The translations under genes were made by a program, and so were the position numbers. The notes below the pieces were generated by a model. That model saw nothing but the letters and a program-made list of their open reading frames with translations. It was not told the DNA's origin and made no database searches. From NCBI GenBank assembly GCA_965218295.1, contig CBDCKN010000005.1, forward strand, positions 32,001-96,000: 64,000 bases of DNA. Reading direction: 5' to 3'. Numbering within the stretch: position 1 is the stretch's first letter; every line of letters starts with the position of its first letter. Below, one piece after another: positions 9,467 to 19,602 of the stretch. The DNA comes from Longimicrobiales bacterium. Lineage in GTDB: Bacteria; Gemmatimonadota; Gemmatimonadetes; Longimicrobiales; Gaopeijiaceae.

Positions 9467-10390
9467 TCAGCCTTCCCAGTTTTCCAGATCCTCGGGCTCC
9501 CCGAGGGAGCTACAGGGAATACTCTTGGCGTTTCGTCTATTGAGTCCTTGGAGCACCGAGCCCGGGCCGAGCTCGAGGAATTCATCTACCCCCGACTCCA
9601 CCATCTGCCCCACCGATGCGGCCCAGCGCACGGGAGAGGTCAACTGACGGATGAGGAGGTCGCGTGCCCCGGCGCCGGAGGTCACGGGCTTCGCCGTCAC
9701 GTTTGCCACCACTGGGTAGTTCAGGTCCCTGAAGTCGGTCTCCTTCAGGTACTCCCGGAGGCCGACCTCGGCGGGCGCCATGAGGGGCGAGTGGAAGGCG
9801 CCCGACACGCTCAGCTTCACGACTCTCTTCGCGCCCTCCTCCAGGGCCAACTCCATGGCTCGTTCGACTCCGGCCACGTCTCCGCTGATCACGACCTGTC
9901 CCCGGGAATTGAAGTTGGCCGGTACGCAGGTCCCGGCCTCGGTGCTGGCCTCCACGCAGACCGATATCAGGACGTCGTCGTCCAGCCCCAGCACGGCCGC
10001 CATGGTGCCGAGGCGATCCTGTCCCGCCGAATACATGAGCTCGCCTCTCAGCCGGACGGTCCGCAGGGCATCGCCGAAGTCGAGAGTCCCCGCGGCCACA
10101 TGAGCCGAGAACTCGCCCAGGGAGTGCCCAGCGGCCATCCCGACGTCACCAAGCCGATCGGAGATGACGCGGTACACGGCGGTGGAGTGCGTGAGCATGG
10201 CGGGCTGGGCGTTCTGTGTGAGAACCAGCTCGTCCTCCGGGCCTTTCCAAGCCAGCCGCGAAATCCCGAATCCCAGGACGTCGTCGGCCTCCTCGAAGGT
10301 CTGAGCCGCTAGAGGGTATGCCTCAGCCAGCTCTCGGCCCATTCCGACGTGCTGAGACCCCTGTCCGGGGAAAAGAAGTGCTAGGGACAT
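9467..10390 (-). CDS. fabD: Malonyl-CoA:ACP transacylase
   Basis: FPGQGSQ, GHSLGEF, VSGAFHSPLM. Confidence 0.96.
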   Translation of the reverse strand: MSLALLFPGQGSQHVGMGRELAEAYPLAAQTFEEADDVLGFGISRLAWKGPEDELVLTQNAQPAMLTHSTAVYRVISDRLGDVGMAAGHSLGEFSAHVAAGTLDFGDALRTVRLRGELMYSAGQDRLGTMAAVLGLDDDVLISVCVEASTEAGTCVPANFNSRGQVVISGDVAGVERAMELALEEGAKRVVKLSVSGAFHSPLMAPAEVGLREYLKETDFRDLNYPVVANVTAKPVTSGAGARDLLIRQLTSPVRWAASVGQMVESGVDEFLELGPGSVLQGLNRRNAKSIPCSSLGEPEDLENWEG

Positions 10391-10424
10391 GGCTCGGGAG
10401 CGGCTTTCAGCTTCGCTTCGGCAT

Positions 10425-11417
10425 CTACCAGCGGAGGGCCATGGCCCCCCACGTGAGGCCGGCGCCGAAGGCGACTGTCAGGACGTTCATGTCCGGGCGC
10501 AACCTACCCTCTTCCACGGCCTCGTCCAGAGCTACCGGAATGGTTGCCGAGCTCATGTTCCCGTAGCGCTCCACGTTCACGAAGACCTTCTCCATGGGAA
10601 TGCCAGAGTATCGGGCCGTGGCCTCGATGATGCGGACGTTGGCCTGGTGGGGGACCATCAGGTCCACGTCCTCGGCGGTGAGACCCGACTGCTTGAGCGC
10701 GAGGTTCGCGGCCTCGGCCATGGAGCGGACGGCACTCTTGAAGATCTCCCGCCCTGACATGCGCACGAAGTGGTCGCCGGTCCTAAGCACCTCTTCGTCC
10801 ACGGGCACGGCGGCTCCGCCCGCCGGACGATACAGCAGCTCGGCCAGATTGCCGTCCGAGCCGTGATGGGTGCCCAGGATACCTTTCGATCCGTCGGACC
10901 GCCGCACCACAGCGGCTCCGGCCCCGTCTCCGAAGAGCACACACGTGGAGCGATCCGCCCAGTCGGTGATGGAGCTCATCTTCTCCGCGGCCACGACCAG
11001 GGCGATCTCTCCGCGACCAGCCGTCAGGTATCCCTCGGCCATGGTGAGCCCGTATAGCCAGCCGGAGCAGGCTGCCGAGATGTCGAGGGCCACGGCGTTG
11101 CCGGCCCCCAACAGCGCCTGCATATCGCACGCCGTAGACGGGAGCAAACGGTCCGGAGTGGCGGTCGAGACGATCAGGATGTCGATCTCTCCCGGCTCGA
11201 CCCCCGCCCGCTCCATGGCAATGTCAGCCGCGGAGGCCCCCATGCCGGCAACGGTGGTCTGCGCGCAGGCGATACGACGTTCCTTGATGCCCGTGCGCTC
11301 GGTGATCCACTGGTCGGTGGTGTCCACCATGCCTTCGAGTTCGCGATTGGTGAGCACACGGTCCGGCAGGTAGCGCCCCATAGAGACGATCTCGACCAGG
11401 GACTTCGGCGTCTTCAA
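10425..11417 (-). CDS. fabH: Beta-ketoacyl-ACP synthase III
   Basis: AACSG, LFGDGAGA, PHQANVRII, GNMSSA, FGAGLTWG. Confidence 0.95.
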   Translation of the reverse strand: MKTPKSLVEIVSMGRYLPDRVLTNRELEGMVDTTDQWITERTGIKERRIACAQTTVAGMGASAADIAMERAGVEPGEIDILIVSTATPDRLLPSTACDMQALLGAGNAVALDISAACSGWLYGLTMAEGYLTAGRGEIALVVAAEKMSSITDWADRSTCVLFGDGAGAAVVRRSDGSKGILGTHHGSDGNLAELLYRPAGGAAVPVDEEVLRTGDHFVRMSGREIFKSAVRSMAEAANLALKQSGLTAEDVDLMVPHQANVRIIEATARYSGIPMEKVFVNVERYGNMSSATIPVALDEAVEEGRLRPDMNVLTVAFGAGLTWGAMALRW

Positions 11418-12409
11418 ACCGTGCCGCCTTGAACGACCGGCATCGTGAGCTCCTTCTCGAAGTGGGACACCATCGACGCCCGTGCGGCCCTGTCCGCTAC
11501 GCCGATGGCGTTGCGGATGGCCTTGGGTGGGGATCCTCCGTGGCAGATGATGGGAATTCCGTTCACGCCGAGGAGAGGTGCGCCACCCGTCTCGGTATAA
11601 TCGAGGAGACGAAACACTTCGTCCAGGTCGTGGTTCGATTGTATCTCGCCGAGGGCGTTGGTGAGAAGGCTCACGATGAAGCTGGCGACGGACCCGTAGA
11701 ACTTGAGAAGCACGTTGCCGACGAAACCGTCACACACCAGAACGTCGCAGGCGCCCTCGACGATGCCCCGGCCTTCCACGTTGCCAACGAAGTTGAGACC
11801 GCTCTCCACGAGGCCCTGGTAGGTCGCCACGGCCAGCTCGTCACCCTTCTTCGGCTCCTCCCCGATGTTCAGAAGGCCGACGCGCGGGCTGGCGATGTCC
11901 ATGAGATCCTGAGCGTAGACCTTCCCCAAGCGAGCGAACTGGATGAGCTGATGGGGTTTGCAGTCTACATTGGCACCGGCGTCGACAAGAAGGAGTGGGC
12001 CGTTGGCCGTAGGGATCACGGCTCCGATGGCCGGTCGATCCACGCCCTGAAGAGGGCGGAGGATGAACAGTGAGGCCGCCATGACGGCGCCTGTCGATCC
12101 GGCACTGATGAAGGCGTCGGCCTCTCCCTTCTGGTGGAGGCCCAGGCCGATGGCGATGGAGGATTCCGGCTTGCGACGAAGAACGGTGGAAGGAGGCTCG
12201 CCCGGCAACACCCGGTCCGGGGCGTGGACGATGCTCAGCCGGTCTTCTGGAAAGTCATGATGAAGGGCGAGCTCGGACTCGAGGGCAGTGCGATCCCCCA
12301 CCAGGAGGATCTCGACGTCCGATTGGGAATCCTGGAGAGCACTGACCGCTCCGGCCACCTCAATAGTCGGGGCCTGGTCGGTGCCCATGGCGTCCAGGGC
12401 AATCCGCAC
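11414..12409 (-). CDS. plsX: Phosphate acyltransferase PlsX
   Basis: IALDAMGTD, DAGANVD, GLLNIGEE, CDGFVGN. Confidence 0.95.
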   Translation of the reverse strand: MRIALDAMGTDQAPTIEVAGAVSALQDSQSDVEILLVGDRTALESELALHHDFPEDRLSIVHAPDRVLPGEPPSTVLRRKPESSIAIGLGLHQKGEADAFISAGSTGAVMAASLFILRPLQGVDRPAIGAVIPTANGPLLLVDAGANVDCKPHQLIQFARLGKVYAQDLMDIASPRVGLLNIGEEPKKGDELAVATYQGLVESGLNFVGNVEGRGIVEGACDVLVCDGFVGNVLLKFYGSVASFIVSLLTNALGEIQSNHDLDEVFRLLDYTETGGAPLLGVNGIPIICHGGSPPKAIRNAIGVADRAARASMVSHFEKELTMPVVQGGTV

Positions 12410-12434
12410 CTCGCTTGATCCCGTGGCCGGAAGG

Positions 12435-12617
12435 TCAGTCCAGGTCCAGCTCGATCACCTGCTCACCCCCGTAGTACCCGCAGCTCGGGCACACTCGGTG
12501 TGGGATCTTGGGATCCCCGCAACGGGAGCAGGTGTTGGTCACCACGGGCTCGGCCTTGTAATGCGTGCGGCGCTTGCGCTTGCGCTGCTTGGAGATCTTC
12601 TTCTTCGGAACAGCCAT
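12435..12617 (-). CDS. rpmF: 50S ribosomal protein L32 (Zn-binding type)
   Basis: MAVPKKKISK...RRTH, CSRC and CPSC. Confidence 0.96.
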   Translation of the reverse strand: MAVPKKKISKQRKRKRRTHYKAEPVVTNTCSRCGDPKIPHRVCPSCGYYGGEQVIELDLD

Positions 12618-12626
12618 CGGTCATGT

Positions 12627-13136
12627 TCACTCGCTCTTGAGTGCTCGCAGGGCATCCCACCTCGGGTCCATGTCCTCCGTCGAGCACTGGCAATCAGCCT
12701 CGTTCAGGTTCATCCCGCACCCGGCGCACAAGCCTCTGCAATCCGCTTGGCACTCCACGTACATCGGCGCCGACATGATCAACTCATCACGAAGATACGG
12801 TCCCAGGTCGATCTTACGTTGGCTCGGCTCAATACGGCGTGTCTCCTCGTCGTCGTCCTCCAACAACTCCGACGGAGCGAAGATCATCGTGATCCCGGCA
12901 TCCACCGTCCGCTCGACCGGTTCGAGACAGCGACGACAAGCTTGGGCAACGGAGCCCGTGAGCCTACCGCGCAAGACTACCTCACCCGAGACGGCCCACG
13001 TAGCCGTCAGGACCACGTGGAGGGGCTTCTCAAGTACGAATGCGCATCCCTCGAAGGAATGCTGATCCGGCTCGAGGAATCCCTCTACTTGCAGCGATCG
13101 CTCCCGCTCCAAGTGAGCCAGGTCGACTCTGAGCAT
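12627..13136 (-). CDS. DUF177 / YceD family protein
   Basis: CRRCL, C...CRGLC..CG.NLN, DPRW; canonical position upstream of rpmF. Confidence 0.9.
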   Translation of the reverse strand: MLRVDLAHLERERSLQVEGFLEPDQHSFEGCAFVLEKPLHVVLTATWAVSGEVVLRGRLTGSVAQACRRCLEPVERTVDAGITMIFAPSELLEDDDEETRRIEPSQRKIDLGPYLRDELIMSAPMYVECQADCRGLCAGCGMNLNEADCQCSTEDMDPRWDALRALKSE

Positions 13137-13144
13137 AGAAAAAA

Positions 13145-13173
13145 AACCTATCCCAACCCTACAGGGGAGTCAA
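13145..13173 (-). promoter_or_regulatory. Sigma70-type promoter for the DUF177-rpmF-fab operon, probably leaderless or nearly so
   Basis: TTGACT-N17-TAGGTT on the minus strand; -10 ends 8 nt before ATG 13136; no SD. Confidence 0.6.
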
Positions 13174-13215
13174 CGCGAGAAAAGCCCCTGTCCACTGTCC
13201 TTCCCCAACAGCCTT

Positions 13216-13635
13216 CTAACGCTCGAGGCGCTCGTGGCGCGAGAAGAAGAAAGCGATCTCGGCCGCGGCATTCTCGTCGGAATCGGACGCGTGAATGGCG
13301 TTCCTCTCCTTCGATTCCGCGTAGAGTCGCCGGACCGTCCCTGCGTCGGCTTCAACCGGATCCGTTGCGCCGATGATCTGCCGCAGCTTCGCGACGGCAT
13401 CGTCGGCTTGGAGAACCATGGGAATCACCGGACCTGACGTCATGAAGCCCACGAGCGAGTGGTAGAAGGGTCGCTCCTTGTGGACCTCGTAGAACACGCC
13501 CGCTTGGTCGGGATCCAGGCGCGTCATCTTGATCGCGCACACGGTGAACCCCGCATCCTCCAGATGTGCCAGAATCTTTCCCGCGAGGCCGGACCCTACG
13601 GCATCCGGCTTGATGATCGCGAGCGTAGAGCTCAT
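13216..13635 (-). CDS. ndk: Nucleoside diphosphate kinase
   Basis: TLAIIKPDAV, FYEVHKERPF, IGATDP, NAIHASDS. Confidence 0.96.
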   Translation of the reverse strand: MSSTLAIIKPDAVGSGLAGKILAHLEDAGFTVCAIKMTRLDPDQAGVFYEVHKERPFYHSLVGFMTSGPVIPMVLQADDAVAKLRQIIGATDPVEADAGTVRRLYAESKERNAIHASDSDENAAAEIAFFFSRHERLER

Positions 13636-13664
13636 ATGACTTCATTCCTCCGGGTAACGATGTC

Positions 13665-14558
13665 TCAGCTCTCTGTGGGCCCGAATAGCAGCCGCAGTAC
13701 TTCTCCTCGGGTGAGGAAGCCGACCATTTCACCCTCCCGGATGACGGGGAGCTCTTCGACGTCCCTATTCACCATGATGAACGCCGCCTCCATGAGGCTC
13801 TGATCCTCCGAGACGCACATGACGCTCCGGGTCATGATCTCACGGGCCGTGGGCTCCTGTAGGGGCGTCGTGTCCTGCGGCTCGCCAGTCTCTTCTGTTT
13901 GGGTCTTGGCGACTACGTGCTTCATGGCGTCGCCCGTCGTGATGATACCGAGAAACTCGTAGTCCTCTCCCACGACCGGCACCGACTTCAGTCCTCGTCG
14001 CACCATCAGGTCCACTACTTCGGTGTAGGGTGTGTCGGAATAGACGCGGTACTGGAGGGGCGCGAGAACATCCTCCACCAAGAGGCGTTCGTGGAGCTCG
14101 ATCTCCATGAGGCTCTTGAGGCTCTTCACGGCATCGACCGACTGGGCGGCCAAGAGCGGCCCCGCCCTCTCTTCCTCGCGGAAGAACCGGACCAGCGCCG
14201 GCAACATCTGATGCTTCAGGGTGGCGAACCGGCGCGGCGTCACCAGCAACACGAGAACTCGCGCTGCGGTCGGCCCGTCATCCCTTGCAGCATTCACCTG
14301 GAAGGGTTCCGGCGACATTCCGAGCACGGCAGACACCGACTCCAGCGTGTCCTCCTGGGCGAGAACGACGACGACCTGGTCGTGGACGCGGGCCACCTCG
14401 CCGGCGGATCCCGAGGCGAGGTCGATGGCTACCCGTTCAGCCCTCTCGGGGGTGAAGCCCTCCACGGCCTCCAGAGCGACCGCAAGTGCGCCTTCTAGGT
14501 CCGGTGCGTCCAGTGGGACCAGAATCCCACCGTGACCGAGTAAGTCTATGAGCTTCAT
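13665..14558 (-). CDS. CBS-pair protein with an N-terminal degenerate PTS EIIA-like domain
   Basis: C-terminal CBS pair (VPVVGE...GIITTGD; LPVIREG..VGFLTR); N-terminus resembles the EIIA(Ntr/Fru) layout without the PH phospho-site motif. Confidence 0.7.
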   Translation of the reverse strand: MKLIDLLGHGGILVPLDAPDLEGALAVALEAVEGFTPERAERVAIDLASGSAGEVARVHDQVVVVLAQEDTLESVSAVLGMSPEPFQVNAARDDGPTAARVLVLLVTPRRFATLKHQMLPALVRFFREEERAGPLLAAQSVDAVKSLKSLMEIELHERLLVEDVLAPLQYRVYSDTPYTEVVDLMVRRGLKSVPVVGEDYEFLGIITTGDAMKHVVAKTQTEETGEPQDTTPLQEPTAREIMTRSVMCVSEDQSLMEAAFIMVNRDVEELPVIREGEMVGFLTRGEVLRLLFGPTES

Positions 14559-14604
14559 GTCGTCCTCCGTCGAGGACTCAACTCGAATGCCAATCGATCA
14601 TCGG

Positions 14605-15507
14605 TTACAGGCCGCTCGCCTTTACTCCGATGGCGTTCCGGATCAGGTCCACGATGTCCACGGGGCGCTTCGCCACGCTTATCCCGTTGTCTTCAAAGGC
14701 CTTCGTCTTCTCCTCCGCCGTTCCTGCGGAGCCGCTGATGATCGCACCGGCGTGGCCCATGCGTCGACCCGGAGGAGCAGTCTGGCCGGCGATGAAGCCT
14801 ACCACCGGAATCTCCAGGTTCTCCTTCACCCAGGTCGCCGCCTCCTGCTCGTCGGTGCCGCCGATCTCACCGATCATCACGACGGCTTGGGTATCGGGAT
14901 CAGCGGCGAACGCCTCGAGTGCGTCCACGAAGTTAGTGCCGATGAGCGGATCACCTCCGATACCGACGCAGGTCGTCTGTCCGATACCTGCGTTGGTCAG
15001 TTGGATGACCGCCTCATACGTGAGAGTGCCGGACCGGGAGATCACGCCTACGGGACCCGGAGTCACGATCTCATCCGGAATGATCCCGACCTTTGCCTTT
15101 CCGGGCGAGATCAAACCGGGGCAGTTCGGCCCCAGGAGTCGGGTGCCCCGATCGCGGGCGAAGGCGTGGGCCCGAGCCATGTCCAGGACCGGAATCCCCT
15201 CCGTGATGGCCACGACCAGATCGACGCCCGCGTCGGTCGCCTCCTCGATGGCTCCGGCCGCGAAGGCGGGCGGCACGTAGACGATCGAGGCGTTGGCACC
15301 GGTCTCCGCCACGGCGCGATCCATGGAGTTGAAGATGGGGACGGAGATTCCGTTGGGGCCCTCGAATGTCTGACCCCCCTTCCCCGGCGTAACTCCGGCC
15401 ACCACATCCGTGCCGTACTCGATCATCTGGGCCGTGTGGAAGGAACCGTCCCTTCCCGTGATGCCCTGGACGACCAGTTTCGTTTTTGCGTCGACAAGAA
15501 TCGCCAT
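14605..15507 (-). CDS. sucD: Succinyl-CoA synthetase alpha subunit
   Basis: [30 protein letters not shown]. Confidence 0.97.
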   Translation of the reverse strand: MAILVDAKTKLVVQGITGRDGSFHTAQMIEYGTDVVAGVTPGKGGQTFEGPNGISVPIFNSMDRAVAETGANASIVYVPPAFAAGAIEEATDAGVDLVVAITEGIPVLDMARAHAFARDRGTRLLGPNCPGLISPGKAKVGIIPDEIVTPGPVGVISRSGTLTYEAVIQLTNAGIGQTTCVGIGGDPLIGTNFVDALEAFAADPDTQAVVMIGEIGGTDEQEAATWVKENLEIPVVGFIAGQTAPPGRRMGHAGAIISGSAGTAEEKTKAFEDNGISVAKRPVDIVDLIRNAIGVKASGL

Positions 15508-15545
15508 CTATCGTCTCATTGGCTCGTCCTCCATCGTCGCCGGCG

Positions 15546-16682
15546 TCACGCTTCTGCAGCCATCTGCACGGCCCGCTCGACGACGTCGTCCATAGAGGTG
15601 AAAGCCGAGAAGCCCGCCTCGGCCAGAATCTCCAGTCCTTCCTTCTCGTTGGTCCCCGTGAGGCGGATCACGATAGGGGGCTCAATGTCGATGCTCCGGG
15701 TGGCCTCCACGATGCCCTTCGCCACGTCGTCACAGCGCGTGATCCCTCCGAAGATGTTGAACAGGATCACGTCCACGTTGGAATCGGAGGTGATGATTTC
15801 CAGGGCGGCCACGACCTTCTCGGGGTTCGACGATCCTCCGATGTCCAGGAAGTTCGCCGGCTCCCCGCCGTAGTACTTCACCAGGTCCATGGTGGCCATA
15901 GCCAAGCCGGCTCCGTTCACACAGCAGCCCACGTTGCCGTCGAGCTTCACGTAGCTGAGGTTCGCCTCGCGAGCCTTGGTCTCGACCCACGGCTCCGCCG
16001 ACAGATCTCGGTACTCCGCGATCTCGGGCTGCCTGAAGAGCTCGCTGTCGTCGATGCTCATCTTGGCGTCGATGGCCTTAACTTCGCCGGCGGTGGTGGT
16101 GATCAGCGGATTGATCTCCACCATCGATGCGCCACTCGAGGTGAAGGCGTCGTAGAGTTGCCGGATGATCTTGGAGGCCTGCTTGATCAGTGCCGGATCG
16201 TCATAGAGGGCGTTGGCCAGCCAGAAAGCCTGGTGGTCCATGAGCCCATAGCGCGGATCCACCGTGAGCTTGCGGATGGTGTCGGGAGTGGTGTGCGCCA
16301 CTTCCTCGATGTCGATTCCCCCCTCGGAGGACACCATGAACGTGGCGGCCTGCGAGCCGCGATCGATGAGAACACCCACGTAGGCCTCGGTGTCGATGTC
16401 CTCTGCCGGGGTGATCAAGACCTTCTCCACGGTGAGGCTGGAGATGGTCATGCCGAGAATGTTCTCGGCGTGCTCCCGCACCTCGTCGGGAGTCTTGGCC
16501 AACTTCACGCCTCCGGCTTTACCCCGCCCACCGGTGTGGACCTGCGCCTTCACCACCACCATGCCACCGTACTTCTCGGCGATCTGGACGGCTTCGTCGG
16601 GCGTGGTGGCCACCTCTCCGGGCGGCACTGGAATGCCCTTGGAGCGAAGGATCTCCTTCGCCTGATATTCGTGAATATTCAT
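15546..16682 (-). CDS. sucC: Succinyl-CoA synthetase beta subunit
   Basis: [45 protein letters not shown]. Confidence 0.97.
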   Translation of the reverse strand: MNIHEYQAKEILRSKGIPVPPGEVATTPDEAVQIAEKYGGMVVVKAQVHTGGRGKAGGVKLAKTPDEVREHAENILGMTISSLTVEKVLITPAEDIDTEAYVGVLIDRGSQAATFMVSSEGGIDIEEVAHTTPDTIRKLTVDPRYGLMDHQAFWLANALYDDPALIKQASKIIRQLYDAFTSSGASMVEINPLITTTAGEVKAIDAKMSIDDSELFRQPEIAEYRDLSAEPWVETKAREANLSYVKLDGNVGCCVNGAGLAMATMDLVKYYGGEPANFLDIGGSSNPEKVVAALEIITSDSNVDVILFNIFGGITRCDDVAKGIVEATRSIDIEPPIVIRLTGTNEKEGLEILAEAGFSAFTSMDDVVERAVQMAAEA

Positions 16683-16812
16683 CTGAGTCGGGCTCGAAGT
16701 CGAATCGACCGATGGGAATAGCTCCGGAGACGACATCGTCTCGCGCCGTGAGACGGAGCCTGCGAGGGCCTGAAGCTACCAAGGCTGCAACGGGCGATCA
16801 AGGAACGGAGTC

Positions 16813-16852
16813 CTAGTGTCGGATCCCGAAATCCTCGAGGCACCGAGACTAG
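16813..16852. repeat. Short CTAG-bounded inverted repeat, probable divergent relative of the MITE-like family
   Basis: CTAGTGTCGG...CCGAGACTAG; right CTAG is the UPF0182 stop. Confidence 0.45.
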
Positions 16853-19602
16853 TTGCCACCCTCCTGGGAGAGGCGCTGGAGAAGGGCCTTGAGCTCGTCC
16901 AGGGCGATGCCGAATCCCTGGAAATCTCCCGCACCAAGCCTAGCCTCGGCGTCCTCCAGTAGGGCGAGAGCTTCGGCCGGCCACCGGTCCCTGTCCACTG
17001 AAGGCAGGTCCACGCCCACCAGGGTGGGCTCTATGAGGGGTGGCGTGTCGCCGGACATGGACGCCAAGGTCTGGATGGACTGCTCCAGCGTTTCCTCCAT
17101 TGACACACGCCGCCCGTCGCTGACCACGAAACGGCGGAGCTCGGGGATGGCATCCGCCTCGGCCGCCAGGAAGACGGGCTCCATGTACAGGAGGGCCTCA
17201 CCCACGGGAACCAGGTGCAGGTGTCCCGTCCACACCTGGCTGCCGCCCGTTCGCCAGAGGGAGAACTGCTGAGAGATGACCGGATCCTGCTCGATGAGAG
17301 CCTCCACCTGGCGGGGACCCGGGGCCTGATCCTCAACGGGGACGTCGAAGAGAATGAGCTCTCCGTAACGATCCGGATCACTCCGGGCCACCAGGATGGC
17401 CGTCAGATTCTGCCGACCACGCGGCACGAACACCGAGGTGAGGAGGAAGCCAGCCTCCGACTCACCGGGCAAACGGTAGATCCCGTACTCGGCCCGGTAC
17501 GGCACCGGCGTGGTCCCTTGGGCGAGCTCCTGCGGGAGCTCCCAGACGTCCTGCTGGCCGTGGAAGACCGGCGCGCTGTCCTGATGGTATCGGTTGAGGA
17601 CTCGCGCCTGGAGGTCCAGCATGGTCCGCGAGTAGCGGATGTGGCGGAGGAGGCCCTCTGGCATTTCGTCGATGGGCCTGAAGAGCGTGGGGAAGCCCTG
17701 CCGGTAGGCTTGGAGCAACCGATCGCTTTCATCGACCACGTAGAAAGTCACCTCGCCGGTAACCCCGTCCACCGTAACCTTCACGCTGTTTCGAGCGTAC
17801 CGGACCGGCCGACCGGCCTCAAGGTTGTGGGTGGTCGAGAGGGGGAACCAGCGGGTGCCGGTGAATCCCTCGAGGATCCAGACGATGGCCCCATCGTGAA
17901 TGACGGGATAGGGATCGTCGGGGTAGCGCAGGAGCGGCCCCGAGATCCTGAGCACCCGGCTCAAGACGTCTCGCCGGAACAGGAACCGGCTGGTGTTGGT
18001 CACCTCGGAGGCGAACAGGAGGTTGGCGTCCCTGGCTTGCCATGCCAGCGCCAGCGTTCTCAGGAGGGAGCTGAGCTCGATCCCCCTTGGAAAGTCGATA
18101 CCGGGTCGAGCGGGACCCCCATCGGGCGCCGTCCGCTGATCGGGATCCACGATGGCAAAGCCCTGTCTCCGGGTCCCGACGTAGACTTCAGGCCGCGTGA
18201 GGCGTAAGCCCTCGGGCGCGATCCCGCTCTCGCTGAATTCCGGAGGAATGCCGGACACGAACATGAGAGGCCGACCCTGGGGTGTCCGGGACCCTGCCGC
18301 AATCGCCACGGCACCCATGCCCTGGATGTAGAGGCTGCGTAGGTGGACGTTCTGCCAGTTGGGGTCCTGAATGCCCCGTGGCAGGATCTCGCGAACCGCG
18401 AGGACAACGGGGACCGGGCCCTCGGCGCTCTCGTAGCGGTCCACGGTCACGCCCGAGAAGTCGTAGTAGGGGAACCGTGCCTCGAGCTCTCGGAATGTCG
18501 TGAGCAGAGCTCGGGAGCTCCACACGGGCAGTCCGCTGAACTGCGCCCTCGCTGCCTGCCAGTCCACGTCGACCTCTTGCTCATACTCGAACTCCCGTCT
18601 TTCGAGCTCCGTGAGGTCGAAGCCGAGTCGGGTGAAGCGGATGTTGTGCTCGATGAACGACGTTTCGCGCTCGAGCTCGTTGGGTTCCACCCGGAAGCGT
18701 TGGATGAAGGACGGGTAGGCCTGGCCGACCACCAGCGCCCCCACGACCAGGGCCCCGACGGTGGCGGCGGCCGGGAGGATGCGTCCCTTCAGGCCACTCC
18801 ACACGGTCCCGATGCCCGCGAACACGGCGAGCAGCGTCAGGATCCGCAGGGCCGGGAGGCGGGCGGTGGCGTCCGCGTAGCCGAAGATGCTTTGGACGCC
18901 GGAGGTCCCGTCGAGCAGCAGGAGGTATCGCCCTAGCCAGAAGCGGATGGCCAGAAGCACGAAGAACGAGGCAACGACGATCGTCAGGTGCGTGCGAGGT
19001 TGGCCCTCTATGTCGATCCGCCCGCGTCCCCACTGGAGCACGCCGGTGGCGGCGTAGCCCGCCGACGCGAGGGTGAACACGAGGAACGCCACAACCATGC
19101 CGAAGGTCACTATGGCCCCGACGACGGGAAGAAGGATCACGTAGAACGTCAGGTCCTTGCCCAAGATGGGATCGACCATCCCCCAGACGGGAGCCTTGAG
19201 AAGGAAGAGGAGTTGGAGCCCGATGGCTCGGGGGATGGACGCTCCGAACCACGCTCCCATGAGGGCCGAGATCAGGATGATTCCCCAGAAGACGTACGCC
19301 TCGGGGAGTTGCTCGGAGATCACCAGATCGCCCACCCGCCGCTTGATACGTATGCCGCCCAACGTCCGTGCCACGATCCGGAGGTTGGCAAAGATGGCGA
19401 TGGCCACCACCGTGGCTCCCGTGATGCGGGTGCCCCACTCCCATAGGATCCGCGTCCAAAAGACGGACGAGAAGCCGACGGCCTCGAACCAGAGGATCTC
19501 GACGTAGGCGCTGGCGCCGATCCGGCCGAGAAGCAACATCGCGAGGACGGCGGCGACGAAAGCCAGCAAGAGGCGTCCGCCTCGAAGGTCACCGAGCCTC
19601 AT
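16849..19602 (-). CDS. UPF0182 family membrane protein
   Basis: N-terminal TM bundle with EILWFEAVGF, DPILGKDLTFY; VEPNELERE..IEHNIRFTR; DPYPVI; YARNSVKVTVD. Confidence 0.9.
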   Translation of the reverse strand: MRLGDLRGGRLLLAFVAAVLAMLLLGRIGASAYVEILWFEAVGFSSVFWTRILWEWGTRITGATVVAIAIFANLRIVARTLGGIRIKRRVGDLVISEQLPEAYVFWGIILISALMGAWFGASIPRAIGLQLLFLLKAPVWGMVDPILGKDLTFYVILLPVVGAIVTFGMVVAFLVFTLASAGYAATGVLQWGRGRIDIEGQPRTHLTIVVASFFVLLAIRFWLGRYLLLLDGTSGVQSIFGYADATARLPALRILTLLAVFAGIGTVWSGLKGRILPAAATVGALVVGALVVGQAYPSFIQRFRVEPNELERETSFIEHNIRFTRLGFDLTELERREFEYEQEVDVDWQAARAQFSGLPVWSSRALLTTFRELEARFPYYDFSGVTVDRYESAEGPVPVVLAVREILPRGIQDPNWQNVHLRSLYIQGMGAVAIAAGSRTPQGRPLMFVSGIPPEFSESGIAPEGLRLTRPEVYVGTRRQGFAIVDPDQRTAPDGGPARPGIDFPRGIELSSLLRTLALAWQARDANLLFASEVTNTSRFLFRRDVLSRVLRISGPLLRYPDDPYPVIHDGAIVWILEGFTGTRWFPLSTTHNLEAGRPVRYARNSVKVTVDGVTGEVTFYVVDESDRLLQAYRQGFPTLFRPIDEMPEGLLRHIRYSRTMLDLQARVLNRYHQDSAPVFHGQQDVWELPQELAQGTTPVPYRAEYGIYRLPGESEAGFLLTSVFVPRGRQNLTAILVARSDPDRYGELILFDVPVEDQAPGPRQVEALIEQDPVISQQFSLWRTGGSQVWTGHLHLVPVGEALLYMEPVFLAAEADAIPELRRFVVSDGRRVSMEETLEQSIQTLASMSGDTPPLIEPTLVGVDLPSVDRDRWPAEALALLEDAEARLGAGDFQGFGIALDELKALLQRLSQEGGN

